From positions 18,497 through 82,496 of the forward strand of contig CALUPW010000009.1 of assembly GCA_944322785.1 (NCBI GenBank): a stretch of DNA of 64,000 nt. The letters run 5' to 3'. Source of the stretch: Candidatus Gastranaerophilales bacterium. GTDB taxonomy: Bacteria; Cyanobacteriota; Vampirovibrionia; Gastranaerophilales; Gastranaerophilaceae. A model generated the notes under the pieces. That model had not been told where the DNA came from, searched no databases, and saw only the letters and a program-made list of their open reading frames with translations. Positions within the stretch are counted from its first letter, which is position 1, and each line of letters opens with the position of its first letter. Positions 25,929 to 34,201 of the stretch are shown here, piece by piece. Made by a program: the position numbers and the translations under genes.

Positions 25929-26810
25929 ATTTTTCTTTGCTTCTGTTAATCCTTCCTTAAAGCCCTGGCTGTAATATGGCTCTTGCATCGTATCTATTAC
26001 AAATGAATACTCAGACGTTCCAATTGTTCCGTCACGTTTTTCACCAGCACCCATATCATCCATATATGACATAAGTGTGCTCATTTCCTGTGGAGATATT
26101 ATTTTATCACCATCCAAATCCAATAATGCTGCTGCATTTGCCAACTTGGATTTATCTTCATTCGGTCTTTCTTTAACTAATGATTCTATAAATTCATTAA
26201 CGGTCAATTTGCCGTCCCCGTCGCCGTTTTCTTCGTCAAGATATTTAAGGTGCCCTGTACCTGCTTTTAGTATAGATTGCTTATACAGTTCTTTGCTTTC
26301 ATCCGTTATTTCACCTGATTCTAAAGCTGATTTTAAAGAACTGTCAATAAACGTATAATCTTCTCCATTTGCCATCTTTGTTGAAAATTCGCTGTTGGCT
26401 TCAACATCTCCAGACATCAAGCTTGTATCATCTGAATCTATGTTTCCTGTATCACCTGCTCCATCTGTACCGGTGCTGCCAACAAGCTGATGCTGCTGAG
26501 ACATAATGTTTTCCATAAGATTTCGCCCATATTGAAATGCTGCATCCATACCTTGTTGTGTTAGATATGGGTTACACATTACATCTGAGGAATACATTGG
26601 ATGAAATATATTCATCGGCGGAGGTGTACACCCCATCATTCCGCCGGTGCAGCCCCAGATGCTGGGACCATAAAAACCGCCCATGCCAACACCCCATATG
26701 CCGCCGCCTCGATTAATCTCTCTTGTCGAAGCCAGAAGTATTCCGTTGCCAAGCATTCCTGTGCCGACTCTCTGTAAATTTTGGGCAAATTTTCCTAAAT
26801 CAAAACTCAT
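25914..26810 (-). CDS. EF-hand calcium-binding protein with Gly/Met-rich N-terminus
   Basis: Two canonical 12-residue loops, NGDGDGKLTVNE and DLDGDKIISPQE. N-terminus GGGIWGVGMGGFYGPSIWGCTGGMMGC with no signal peptide. The 3' end overlaps csaB by 15 nt (convergent). Confidence 0.75.
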   Translation of the reverse strand: MSFDLGKFAQNLQRVGTGMLGNGILLASTREINRGGGIWGVGMGGFYGPSIWGCTGGMMGCTPPPMNIFHPMYSSDVMCNPYLTQQGMDAAFQYGRNLMENIMSQQHQLVGSTGTDGAGDTGNIDSDDTSLMSGDVEANSEFSTKMANGEDYTFIDSSLKSALESGEITDESKELYKQSILKAGTGHLKYLDEENGDGDGKLTVNEFIESLVKERPNEDKSKLANAAALLDLDGDKIISPQEMSTLMSYMDDMGAGEKRDGTIGTSEYSFVIDTMQEPYYSQGFKEGLTEAKKNLFGK

Positions 26811-26830
26811 TTTTATACTCTCATGTTATG

Positions 26831-26870
26831 TATTATATATATAAAGATTATATATTAATTAAAATTGCTT
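26831..26870 (-). promoter_or_regulatory. Promoter AAGCAA - N16 - ATCTTT followed by ATATATATA
   Basis: Coding-strand reading AAGCAAttttaattaatatataATCTTTATATATATAAT. Member of the shared promoter family. Confidence 0.45.
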
Positions 26871-26927
26871 AATTTTTACATAATGTTAAGAAAATTTAAT
26901 AAACATTAATTATTTTATTCCCTGAAA

Positions 26928-26936
26928 TGTTATACT
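26928..26936 (+). promoter_or_regulatory. Extended -10 box TGTTATACT 6 nt upstream of the ATG at 26943 (leaderless candidate)
   Basis: TGTTATACTttaatcATG with no SD. The signal peptide begins at Met1, so the start is not in doubt. Confidence 0.45.
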
Positions 26937-26942
26937 TTAATC

Positions 26943-27623
26943 ATGCGAAGATTTTTTTTATTAATAATATTACTTACATGTCTGCCGGCTTTTGCCGTTG
27001 AAAATAATTATAAAGTTCTTAAAGTTGTCGACGGCGATACGATTTATCTTGATTTTAACAGTGATGGCATTATTCAAAAAACTGAGAAAGTAAGGTTAAA
27101 CGGCATTGACACATTTGAGGTGAAAACCGGAGAGATATTAACAAAACAGTCTAAATTTTATGGATTTTCAGAGCAGGAGGCTCTTGCTTTGGGGTATCTT
27201 GCAAAAGAATTTGCAAAAGAAAAATTGCTTGGAAAATATGTGAGAGCAAGCTATTCTTCAAAAAGGATGTATGACATTTACGGACGCATATTGATGTCTG
27301 TTTATTATCCTGATAAAAAAGGCAGGTATAAAAGTTATGAAGAAGAAATCTTAAAGCGTGGATTGGCAGTAGTTTACAGAAAATCAAATCTGAAGTTAGA
27401 ATTATTAAAATACGAAAATATCAAAAAATTAAGGGAAAATGCAAAATCAACAGATACCTTTAATCTGGTTATACTGGATATTAATAATAATGTTTACTAT
27501 TCCCCTTACTGTAAATACACACACGGAAAAGGCTTTTTCGAATTAGTAAATATTTCGGAAAATAACACTTTATATCAGAAGGGAATTTGTCCTGATGAGG
27601 CGCAGCCGGAGGCTGCGCCATAA
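26943..27623 (+). CDS. Secreted staphylococcal-nuclease (thermonuclease) family protein
   Basis: Signal peptide MRRFFLLIILLTCLPAFA. SNase blocks VVDGDTIYLDF, KVRLNGIDTFE and YGRILMSVYY. Confidence 0.75.
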   Translation: MRRFFLLIILLTCLPAFAVENNYKVLKVVDGDTIYLDFNSDGIIQKTEKVRLNGIDTFEVKTGEILTKQSKFYGFSEQEALALGYLAKEFAKEKLLGKYVRASYSSKRMYDIYGRILMSVYYPDKKGRYKSYEEEILKRGLAVVYRKSNLKLELLKYENIKKLRENAKSTDTFNLVILDINNNVYYSPYCKYTHGKGFFELVNISENNTLYQKGICPDEAQPEAAP

Positions 27624-27627
27624 AATT

Positions 27628-28986
27628 TTATACGATTGACTGTAATATCAAAAGTTTTTGATTTTCAGTTAATTTTTTTATTTGATTAATAAGTTTTTCT
27701 GTTTTTGCATCAGGCATTTCAGAAATTCCTGCAGAAGCTTCAATAATTTTAAACTTTGCCGCAAGATTTGCTATTTTAAGTTTAAAATCAGCAATATTAT
27801 CGTCAGTCCAGTCTTTAGGAACAAGTTTTCCGTTAATAAATGTAGCAATTTTTTCTATTTTTTTCAAATCATCAGATTTTGACGAGGATTTAAGAGTGTT
27901 ATAAAGTATTCTAAATTCACTTGAATTTAGAAATTCTTTAACATTTTCAAACCTCTTTTCCAAATTTGCAAAACTTGTTTCATTAAAATTTTCAAACATA
28001 AAATCTTGCAACTCTGAAAGAAGCGTTTTATATCCGTTTTTTAGTTCATTTAAAGCGATTAAAAAGTTTTTTGCGAGTTTTTCATCAGTTATATCTTTTT
28101 CTGACAGCACTGCCGGAATATCATTTAAAAACAACTTTAGCGCATCTTTTGAATTTATAATTAAATTCCTTATTTTCAGGACTTTTTTAGTAAGCCTCCG
28201 TGTTGATAATGTGTATTTCTCCAGCGATTTAATTGTTTTAATAACGGCTGAAGTTAAATTTATCAGATTAGGAGCCTTATCCGGTATAATTTCAGTGCAT
28301 AAAGTTTTAAGATATTTATTATCCGGAGTTTTAAGTATTTTAATCTCAAACTTATCGGGTAAACAAAGCATTCTGTCAAAAATCAACGGCGTAAGCTTTA
28401 AATGAAATTCGCCTGATTCGTAAACTGTTATTTTGTCTTTATTTTTGTCAAGAATATATAGCAGCATAACCGAAATAACAGATTTTGTCAGTTTTGAATT
28501 AGCAAATTTGTTATAAATTTCATTTAATTTTAGCATTTTATTTTCAGTATTAGCAGACAAAATATAATTTTCAATGGCTGCCATTATTTTAATAAAATGA
28601 TTATTTTCTTCAAGAATTTCACGTTTTATATAATTTTCAAGGCTGTTTTCATTTATATTTTCACCTTCAATAATATGTTTTGAAAGCTGCCGTATTGCTC
28701 TTGTTACAAAAGGCGGTGTTTTTTCTAGTTTTAAATATTCCAGATTGGTGTCCGGCTCATCAGAATTTTTTTTAACGGGATTTTTCTTTAAATACTTCTC
28801 TCCCATTTCAGTTAATATATAGTTTTTAGCTTTATCTGATACACAAATAAGACCATTCTCAATTGCAAATTTTCTTAGAAGCAAAATCTGAGAATTAATA
28901 AGTCCAGTAATATTACATGCGTTTTTTAGTGTAAAAAGATCGGGATATTTTTTGATACATTGTAAAAGTTTGTTTAAATAAAGCAT
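27628..28986 (-). CDS. Hypothetical 452-aa helical protein with possible N-terminal winged-helix domain
   Basis: ORF-track start is 29076. The ATG at 28986 follows AAAGGAGAA. N-terminus LKNACNITGLINSQILLLRKFAIENGLICV..ILTEMGEKYL looks wHTH-like. The rest is Lys/Asn/Leu-rich with no catalytic motif seen. Confidence 0.55.
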   Translation of the reverse strand: MLYLNKLLQCIKKYPDLFTLKNACNITGLINSQILLLRKFAIENGLICVSDKAKNYILTEMGEKYLKKNPVKKNSDEPDTNLEYLKLEKTPPFVTRAIRQLSKHIIEGENINENSLENYIKREILEENNHFIKIMAAIENYILSANTENKMLKLNEIYNKFANSKLTKSVISVMLLYILDKNKDKITVYESGEFHLKLTPLIFDRMLCLPDKFEIKILKTPDNKYLKTLCTEIIPDKAPNLINLTSAVIKTIKSLEKYTLSTRRLTKKVLKIRNLIINSKDALKLFLNDIPAVLSEKDITDEKLAKNFLIALNELKNGYKTLLSELQDFMFENFNETSFANLEKRFENVKEFLNSSEFRILYNTLKSSSKSDDLKKIEKIATFINGKLVPKDWTDDNIADFKLKIANLAAKFKIIEASAGISEMPDAKTEKLINQIKKLTENQKLLILQSIV

Positions 28987-29152
28987 AAGTTCTCCTTTCT
29001 GTTTTTTTTTTTGCATGCGAAAAAGGCACACCTGTTCATTGTGCTGATTATGAACAACTGTGCCGTCTAAATGCATATGTGCGGGCGTGAGTCTCGTTAA
29101 TCTGTATATTTATTAGAGCATGTAAACTCAAATTTTGTCAATCATCAAATTC

Positions 29153-29186
29153 AAATAAAAAAAGACTTCCGCTTAAGGAAGTCTTT
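29153..29186 (-). terminator. Rho-independent terminator after tRNA-Leu
   Basis: aaagacttcc / ggaagtcttt with a T-run on the minus strand. Confidence 0.75.
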
Positions 29187-29191
29187 AAGTT

Positions 29192-29278
29192 TGCCCTGGG
29201 CCAGACTTGAACTGGCACTGAGTTATTCACCCAATTGGATTTTAAGTCCAACGCGTCTACCGATTCCGCCACCAGGGC
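29192..29278 (-). tRNA. tRNA-Leu (anticodon UAA), type II with long variable arm
   Basis: Minus strand reads GCCCTGGTGGCGGAATCGGTAGACGCGTTGGACTTAAAATCCAATTGGGTGAATAACTCAGTGCCAGTTCAAGTCTGGCCCAGGGCA. It has a 7-bp acceptor stem, anticodon loop CTTAAAA and T-loop TTCAAGT. No CCA is encoded. Confidence 0.9.
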
Positions 29279-29350
29279 ATTTATTATATTTTCAGCCGTT
29301 ATGGCACTATTAAATTTTATTTTAAACAAAGTATCTTGTCAACCAAACTG

Positions 29351-30556
29351 TTATTCTTCTTCAGTTTCAAGAAAAGCTTTTATTTCAGAAATTTTGTCTT
29401 CAAGTTTTTCTAAAAGTTCGTCAAGTTGTTCAATAATCATATCTTTTTTACTAAGCGCTGTTTTGCCGAACAATGCAGGATATTGTATATTTTCAAAAAA
29501 TTGATTTTTGAATGCAACAATATAATCATAAAATTTTTCTTCTATAAACTCTTTTGACTCGCATAAATCTATAAACAACTCGGCAGTCAAAGATTTTGCT
29601 TTAAGAATATTCTGCTTTTTAATATGTTTCTGAACTTTAAAAAGTTTTTCGTATAATGTCGAATACATGCTTAAAAGGCTGCGTTTTTTATCAGGCAAAA
29701 ATTCGTTAAAGTAATCCATTGTCTGTGAATACCCTAACTTCATAAGATCTCTGCGTTTTTCTCCGGACATATTAAAGTCTACAATATTTATATCGCCCGT
29801 ATTTATTACTATATAATCAAATTTATCTTTCTTTCCGTAAATATCAATAATAAAAGTTGTAGCCATAGATGTTGTAAATGCATACAGGGAATTTACAAAT
29901 TCGACTGTATTCATATCGTTACCTTCAAAATCGCCTTCAAGCCTGAATTCAAGAATTCTTTCATTTTCATGCATAAGATTTTTTGAAAGCTTCCACATAG
30001 GCCAGCTTTTCTGTAAATCACCATCGACAAGAATTCGATTGTTATATTCAATCGGACGCATTAGCCCCGGCATACCGCAGGAAATCCTTATTGCAGAAGC
30101 AATTTCATAATCAGGAGTTTCATATCTTGAGAATTCTTTTGTTTCAAAACTGGATAAATCAGTTGTTATGATTATTAAATCTTTTTCTATATCTTTAAAT
30201 GTAACGGCTTTATGCGAACCTTTTTTATATTTTTCTCCGTAAAATTTTTCCTCAATTAAATCTCTTATCCATTCCAGAAATAATTCGCCTTTGCTTAGTG
30301 CAAATTTAGGCCCCAGCGAGAGCTGAACGTCCCGAAACATTTCAAAATTAAATTTTATAAAAACTTCATCAAGTTCATCTGCCGTATATCCGACTGCAAT
30401 CAAACCTGCTATCACCGAACCTACCGAGGAACCTGCGACAGTATGAGGATTAATTCCCAGTTCTTCCAGTGCCCGCATTGTGCCGACATATGCCGCACCT
30501 CTGATGGCACCACCGCCGAATAAGCATGTGTATTTTAAAGAATTATTATTTTTCAT
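29351..30556 (-). CDS. Patatin-like phospholipase with ~130-aa helical C-terminal extension
   Basis: Oxyanion GGGAIRG, nucleophile GSSVGS (GxSxG) and catalytic Asp in VDGDL. Confidence 0.8.
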   Translation of the reverse strand: MKNNNSLKYTCLFGGGAIRGAAYVGTMRALEELGINPHTVAGSSVGSVIAGLIAVGYTADELDEVFIKFNFEMFRDVQLSLGPKFALSKGELFLEWIRDLIEEKFYGEKYKKGSHKAVTFKDIEKDLIIITTDLSSFETKEFSRYETPDYEIASAIRISCGMPGLMRPIEYNNRILVDGDLQKSWPMWKLSKNLMHENERILEFRLEGDFEGNDMNTVEFVNSLYAFTTSMATTFIIDIYGKKDKFDYIVINTGDINIVDFNMSGEKRRDLMKLGYSQTMDYFNEFLPDKKRSLLSMYSTLYEKLFKVQKHIKKQNILKAKSLTAELFIDLCESKEFIEEKFYDYIVAFKNQFFENIQYPALFGKTALSKKDMIIEQLDELLEKLEDKISEIKAFLETEEE

Positions 30557-30600
30557 AGATGTATTATATCATGGTTTATTTTTATTGATAATTCTTTAAC

Positions 30601-30629
30601 AAAAAAGACAGTTATCTGTCATAACTGCC
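30601..30629 (-). terminator. Rho-independent terminator after 30658..30942
   Basis: Minus strand reads ggcagttat-gacag-ataactgtc followed by T6. Confidence 0.6.
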
Positions 30630-30657
30630 TTTTTGTTAATATATTTTAATTTAATCG

Positions 30658-30942
30658 TTATGCGGCAACATTGCCTTTAATTTCACGAATCAGGTATTCA
30701 GCCACCCATTCAAAATCTTTATTTTGTTTTGCAGCATTTTCAAGATATTTTATAGAAGCATCACCGAGTCTGATAAGAGTCATTGCAACAACACCTCTTT
30801 TAATGCCTTTAACAACCTGTAACTGGTCAACAAGCTGCGGTAAAGCTGATGTTCCGCATTCAACCAGCATATTTTCAACTTCATTTTTAACTGAATTGTC
30901 TGCATTTTCTAATCTTGTAAGAATGTCTTTTACTGATTTCAT
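30658..30942 (-). CDS. Small HEAT-repeat-like protein (94 aa)
   Basis: The track's TTG start is part of the SD (TTGGAGA), and the ATG at 30942 follows it. ALPQLVDQL..VVAMTLIRLGDASIKYLENA resembles PBS-lyase HEAT-like repeats, but the family call is weak. Confidence 0.5.
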   Translation of the reverse strand: MKSVKDILTRLENADNSVKNEVENMLVECGTSALPQLVDQLQVVKGIKRGVVAMTLIRLGDASIKYLENAAKQNKDFEWVAEYLIREIKGNVAA

Positions 30943-31003
30943 GATTATCTCCAATTCTTTTTCTCAACTTATATTATTATTATAATTTAAAATTGAGCTA
31001 AAC

Positions 31004-31055
31004 GGGATTTCCTTACATAATCTTTATATCTGTTAAAATTATGTAAAGAAATCCC
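31004..31055. other. Long near-perfect hairpin (18-bp stem, 16-nt loop) downstream of 31083..33059
   Basis: gggatttccttacataat (31004-31021) pairs with attatgtaaagaaatccc (31038-31055) with one mismatch. There is no adjacent U-run on either strand. Confidence 0.6.
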
Positions 31056-31082
31056 GAAAAGGTTTATATTATTGGCGTTTTA

Positions 31083-33059
31083 TTAACCGAACATTTTAAA
31101 GTTTCGTTCAACGTTTTTGTCAATAACAGATTTTATTGAGTCATATTCAGTCTGTAAAGATTCATGCTCGGTGTCAATATTTTTAAGTTCAAGGTCATAT
31201 CTTTGATCTTTTGCCTGAATTTTTTGTGTTTCCCGTTTATATTCGGCTTCGGCTCTTGTAATTTCAAGTTCAATTGTATCTTCTGTGATATCGCTGCAGT
31301 TTGAATACATTGTTGAAATCCATTGCTGTTCGTCATCAACCTGAACCATTGATAAAAGCCCGCTTTCAAGTGCATATTGAATCCATTCTGTACTTTCAGT
31401 TAATGCTTTTTCAATTTTTTGATAGCCGTCTTCGTTCATTTTATTAAATATGTTTGTGTACCATTGAACTTTGGCATCAGCATTTTCATTAGGATTATTT
31501 TTATCAATCCATGTATATTTTGGTGCGCCGTATTGTGCAATCATTTCATCAATAAGATATATATCCTTAATTGCCTCAAAGTTTGCCTGATAGTCAACGT
31601 CAACTTCTTCGCCGTTAACCATTTGCGTTAAAGTTATGGTTGTATCGCCGTCAAGATTTGTTGTTTCCCGTCCGGAATTTAAAATCCATTCCATGTCATC
31701 AAGTTTGTCATAATCACCTTTGCCGACGTCTTCTCCAAAGATAAATATTGACAGTTGTTTTGCAGCTTCTTCATACGCCTTTTTCTCGTCGGGGGCATCA
31801 TTTGCAAAGTAATCTCTGTCCATTTGTGACAAAACATTGGTTTGGAAATATCTGTAAACAGTTTTTAAAGCTTCGGCTGCGCCGGCTTCATCCATAACAC
31901 TGCTGATATATGCAGCAAGAGGGCTTGTTGTGAAGGTTACACTGCCTGTTTCTGTAGAGGTTGAGCCGTCTTCTTCGGTTTCCGTAACTGAATAATTGAA
32001 ACTGTATTCACCGTTATTATTTGTCAATCCTGATACTGTATAACCGTTTTGACCTGCAACAGTAAGATTACCGTTTTCATCTTTTGAAACAATAAAGTTG
32101 CCGCCGTCTATAGTATATCCATCCCCGTTATCAGAGATATCTGTTGAATTGTTAACAACTATACTGCCGCTTGAATCAAATTCAATATATTCATGCAGGA
32201 AGTAATCCATTGCTTCATTGAAAACAGTTGTATCTGATTCACCGTCTTCTTCTTCGGTTTCTTCTTTTATAACACCTTTGCCAAGAAGTTCTGAGTATAA
32301 TTTGTCGAGATAATTCAATGAACTGCTAATATCACTTTTTGAAGGCGGGTTTTTACCGCTATCTGTGTTATACTGCAAAACTTCCGCATATTTAGCGTCG
32401 TAATTCATGGTTTCTCCACTCGGAACATAGTCCTGGAGATATTCTTTCATTTGTTTGATTACAGCTGCTGTATATGCTTTGTCTGCTTCCAGATAATCAT
32501 TCAACAATGTTTCATAAACCATAACTTCGGTTGAATCAAGTGACAACTCATATCCATAGTGAAGTCCGGAAATTCTGTTTCCGTTGTCATCATATTCAAC
32601 ATCACCCTCATATCTGGTTTTAAGATCATCACTAAGTTTGTTGCTTTCCCAGTATGAGGTTGTTTCTTTTTCTAGTCCCTGTTGTTTTAAAAATTCAGTC
32701 AAGGCATCTGTTTCCGGATTACGTTCGGCTTCTTTTAATGCCTGTTCATATTTTGCCGCATCAAGTTCACTCACAACAAGTTCACCTGATTTGTTAATCA
32801 AACCGTACTGATTGTTATACGAACTGTATGCCGTCAGGTTATTAAAAGTCAACTGTTGATACATTTCGTTTCCGAGAGTATCTTTGTTGGACATCATCAA
32901 CTGAACCTGATTAAGCGCATTTACATACTTCTCGCTTGCCTTTGAGGTGTCATCCGTAAGACGCATTTTAGCATTGTTAATAAGCTGCGCACGAAGCTCG
33001 TTATCAGACATACGAGATGTAATTGACAATAATCTGGCCTGTGATGCTGCCATTCCCAT
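31083..33059 (-). CDS. Large acidic protein of unknown function with conserved helical N- and C-termini
   Basis: 658 aa with no signal peptide. N-terminus MGMAASQARLLSITSRMSDNELRAQLINNAKMRL. Asp/Glu/Thr/Asn-rich centre. C-terminal heptads ..KIQAKDQRYDLELKNIDTEHESLQTEYDSIKSVIDKNVERNFKMFG. The termini resemble those of 47732..48262. Confidence 0.75.
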   Translation of the reverse strand: MGMAASQARLLSITSRMSDNELRAQLINNAKMRLTDDTSKASEKYVNALNQVQLMMSNKDTLGNEMYQQLTFNNLTAYSSYNNQYGLINKSGELVVSELDAAKYEQALKEAERNPETDALTEFLKQQGLEKETTSYWESNKLSDDLKTRYEGDVEYDDNGNRISGLHYGYELSLDSTEVMVYETLLNDYLEADKAYTAAVIKQMKEYLQDYVPSGETMNYDAKYAEVLQYNTDSGKNPPSKSDISSSLNYLDKLYSELLGKGVIKEETEEEDGESDTTVFNEAMDYFLHEYIEFDSSGSIVVNNSTDISDNGDGYTIDGGNFIVSKDENGNLTVAGQNGYTVSGLTNNNGEYSFNYSVTETEEDGSTSTETGSVTFTTSPLAAYISSVMDEAGAAEALKTVYRYFQTNVLSQMDRDYFANDAPDEKKAYEEAAKQLSIFIFGEDVGKGDYDKLDDMEWILNSGRETTNLDGDTTITLTQMVNGEEVDVDYQANFEAIKDIYLIDEMIAQYGAPKYTWIDKNNPNENADAKVQWYTNIFNKMNEDGYQKIEKALTESTEWIQYALESGLLSMVQVDDEQQWISTMYSNCSDITEDTIELEITRAEAEYKRETQKIQAKDQRYDLELKNIDTEHESLQTEYDSIKSVIDKNVERNFKMFG

Positions 33060-33101
33060 AGTTGACGCTTTTTCCTTTCATTAGTACATATCTTATCTTG
33101 G

Positions 33102-33129
33102 GTAACGGCTTAATTTTGTTGATTCTTTA
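33102..33129 (-). promoter_or_regulatory. Sigma-28 (FliA/SigD)-like promoter candidate TAAA-N16-GCCGTTAC
   Basis: Coding-strand reading TAAAGaatcaacaaaattaaGCCGTTAC lies about 50 nt upstream of the ATG. The known consensus is TAAA-N15-GCCGATAA. A second GCCGTTAT lies 24 nt further upstream. Confidence 0.35.
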
Positions 33130-33157
33130 ATAAATAACGGCAAAATATTACAAATTG

Positions 33158-34192
33158 TTACAATCGTTTTAAAACTTTTTTTAATCTTTCGATTTTTTTA
33201 ATGTCTGTTCCGAGTCCGGTCAAAAGTAAAACTGATGTTTCATTATTTCTTTCGTCCTCAATTCCGTACTCGAAAAGTTTAGCGGATAACTCCTCACCGC
33301 TGTATTTGTCTGATTTTATTAAAAGTTTTGTTATATCATCACCACCGAATTTTATGTTTGGACAAGTATTTTTTAAATATTTTAAACTTTCAATCAGGTT
33401 ATTCAGTTTATTTTTGCCTTTTTGAGAGTTTAGGAAGTTTATATTAGCTTCTATCGTTGCAAGCAAAGGATATGATGGAGATGTTGTATTAATCAATTTG
33501 AGAGCTGCCGCAGGATTTATTTCGCAATTAGAGTGCAAAAGTGCTGTCGGATTAAGACCTCCTGCGGTTTTATGAAGCGATTGAATTGTAAAATCAGAGA
33601 TTTTAACTGCGCTTTGCGGCAGATCTTCGGAAAACGGATACAACGCACCATGAGCTTCATCAGTTATAAGAAATGCTCCGTATTTTTTACAAAGTTCTTT
33701 TATTGCCTTGACATCTGATACAAACCCTTCATACGTTGGTGAAGTGATTATTACGGCTCTGATTTTATCGTTTTTTAAATACGTTTCAAGATTTTCGGGG
33801 GTATTTTTTTTATAGACATTCCATTCAGTATTTTTTTCAAGTTTGTAAAATACGGGGATTGCACCTGCAAGTTTTACTGCATTAAGATGACACGGGTGAG
33901 CATCATCATGAATAAGAACTTTATCGCCGCTTTTAACACAAGCAAGCACCGCTGCAATAATGCCGCTTGTTGAGCCGTTTGTCAAAAAATATGTATAATT
34001 TACTTCATAAATTTTTGCGGCTTTTTTTTGAGCATTTAAAAGAGCTTCCTGCGGATTGTGGGTGTCAGTTTCCGATATATCAAATTTGTAAAATTGTCTG
34101 AATTTATTAAATATAAAAAACTTACCGCCATGGGAAGGGGTTGTAAAAAGGGCATTTGTTGATTTTTTCCGAAAAAGCTGTACAAGACTCAA
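33158..34192 (-). CDS. PLP-dependent Orn/Lys/Arg decarboxylase-family (fold type I) enzyme, short form
   Basis: FTTPSHGGK (compare PGHKGG), TSPTYEGF, DEAHGA and the PLP-lysine block SLHKT. At 344 aa it lacks the usual C-terminal domain. Confidence 0.65.
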   Translation of the reverse strand: MSLVQLFRKKSTNALFTTPSHGGKFFIFNKFRQFYKFDISETDTHNPQEALLNAQKKAAKIYEVNYTYFLTNGSTSGIIAAVLACVKSGDKVLIHDDAHPCHLNAVKLAGAIPVFYKLEKNTEWNVYKKNTPENLETYLKNDKIRAVIITSPTYEGFVSDVKAIKELCKKYGAFLITDEAHGALYPFSEDLPQSAVKISDFTIQSLHKTAGGLNPTALLHSNCEINPAAALKLINTTSPSYPLLATIEANINFLNSQKGKNKLNNLIESLKYLKNTCPNIKFGGDDITKLLIKSDKYSGEELSAKLFEYGIEDERNNETSVLLLTGLGTDIKKIERLKKVLKRL

Positions 34193-34201
34193 TTTGTGCC
34201 C

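Noticed and set aside
28987-29076. N-terminal 30 codons of track ORF 27628..29076
   Set aside because: The ATG at 28986 is preceded by AAAGGAGAA. The upstream codons (MHLDGTVVHNQHNEQVCLFRMQKKKQKGEL) contain that SD and look non-coding.
29138-29504. Track ORFs 29138..29329 (-) and 29235..29504 (+)
   Set aside because: They overlap the tRNA-Leu gene, its terminator and the patatin gene 3' end. They have no SD and implausible composition, so they are shadow ORFs.
21355-30556. CBASS-like reading (nucleotide cyclase plus patatin effector)
   Set aside because: The cyclase is a CHASE2 class-III adenylate/guanylate cyclase, not a CD-NTase. It lies about 6 kb and seven unrelated genes away from the patatin gene.
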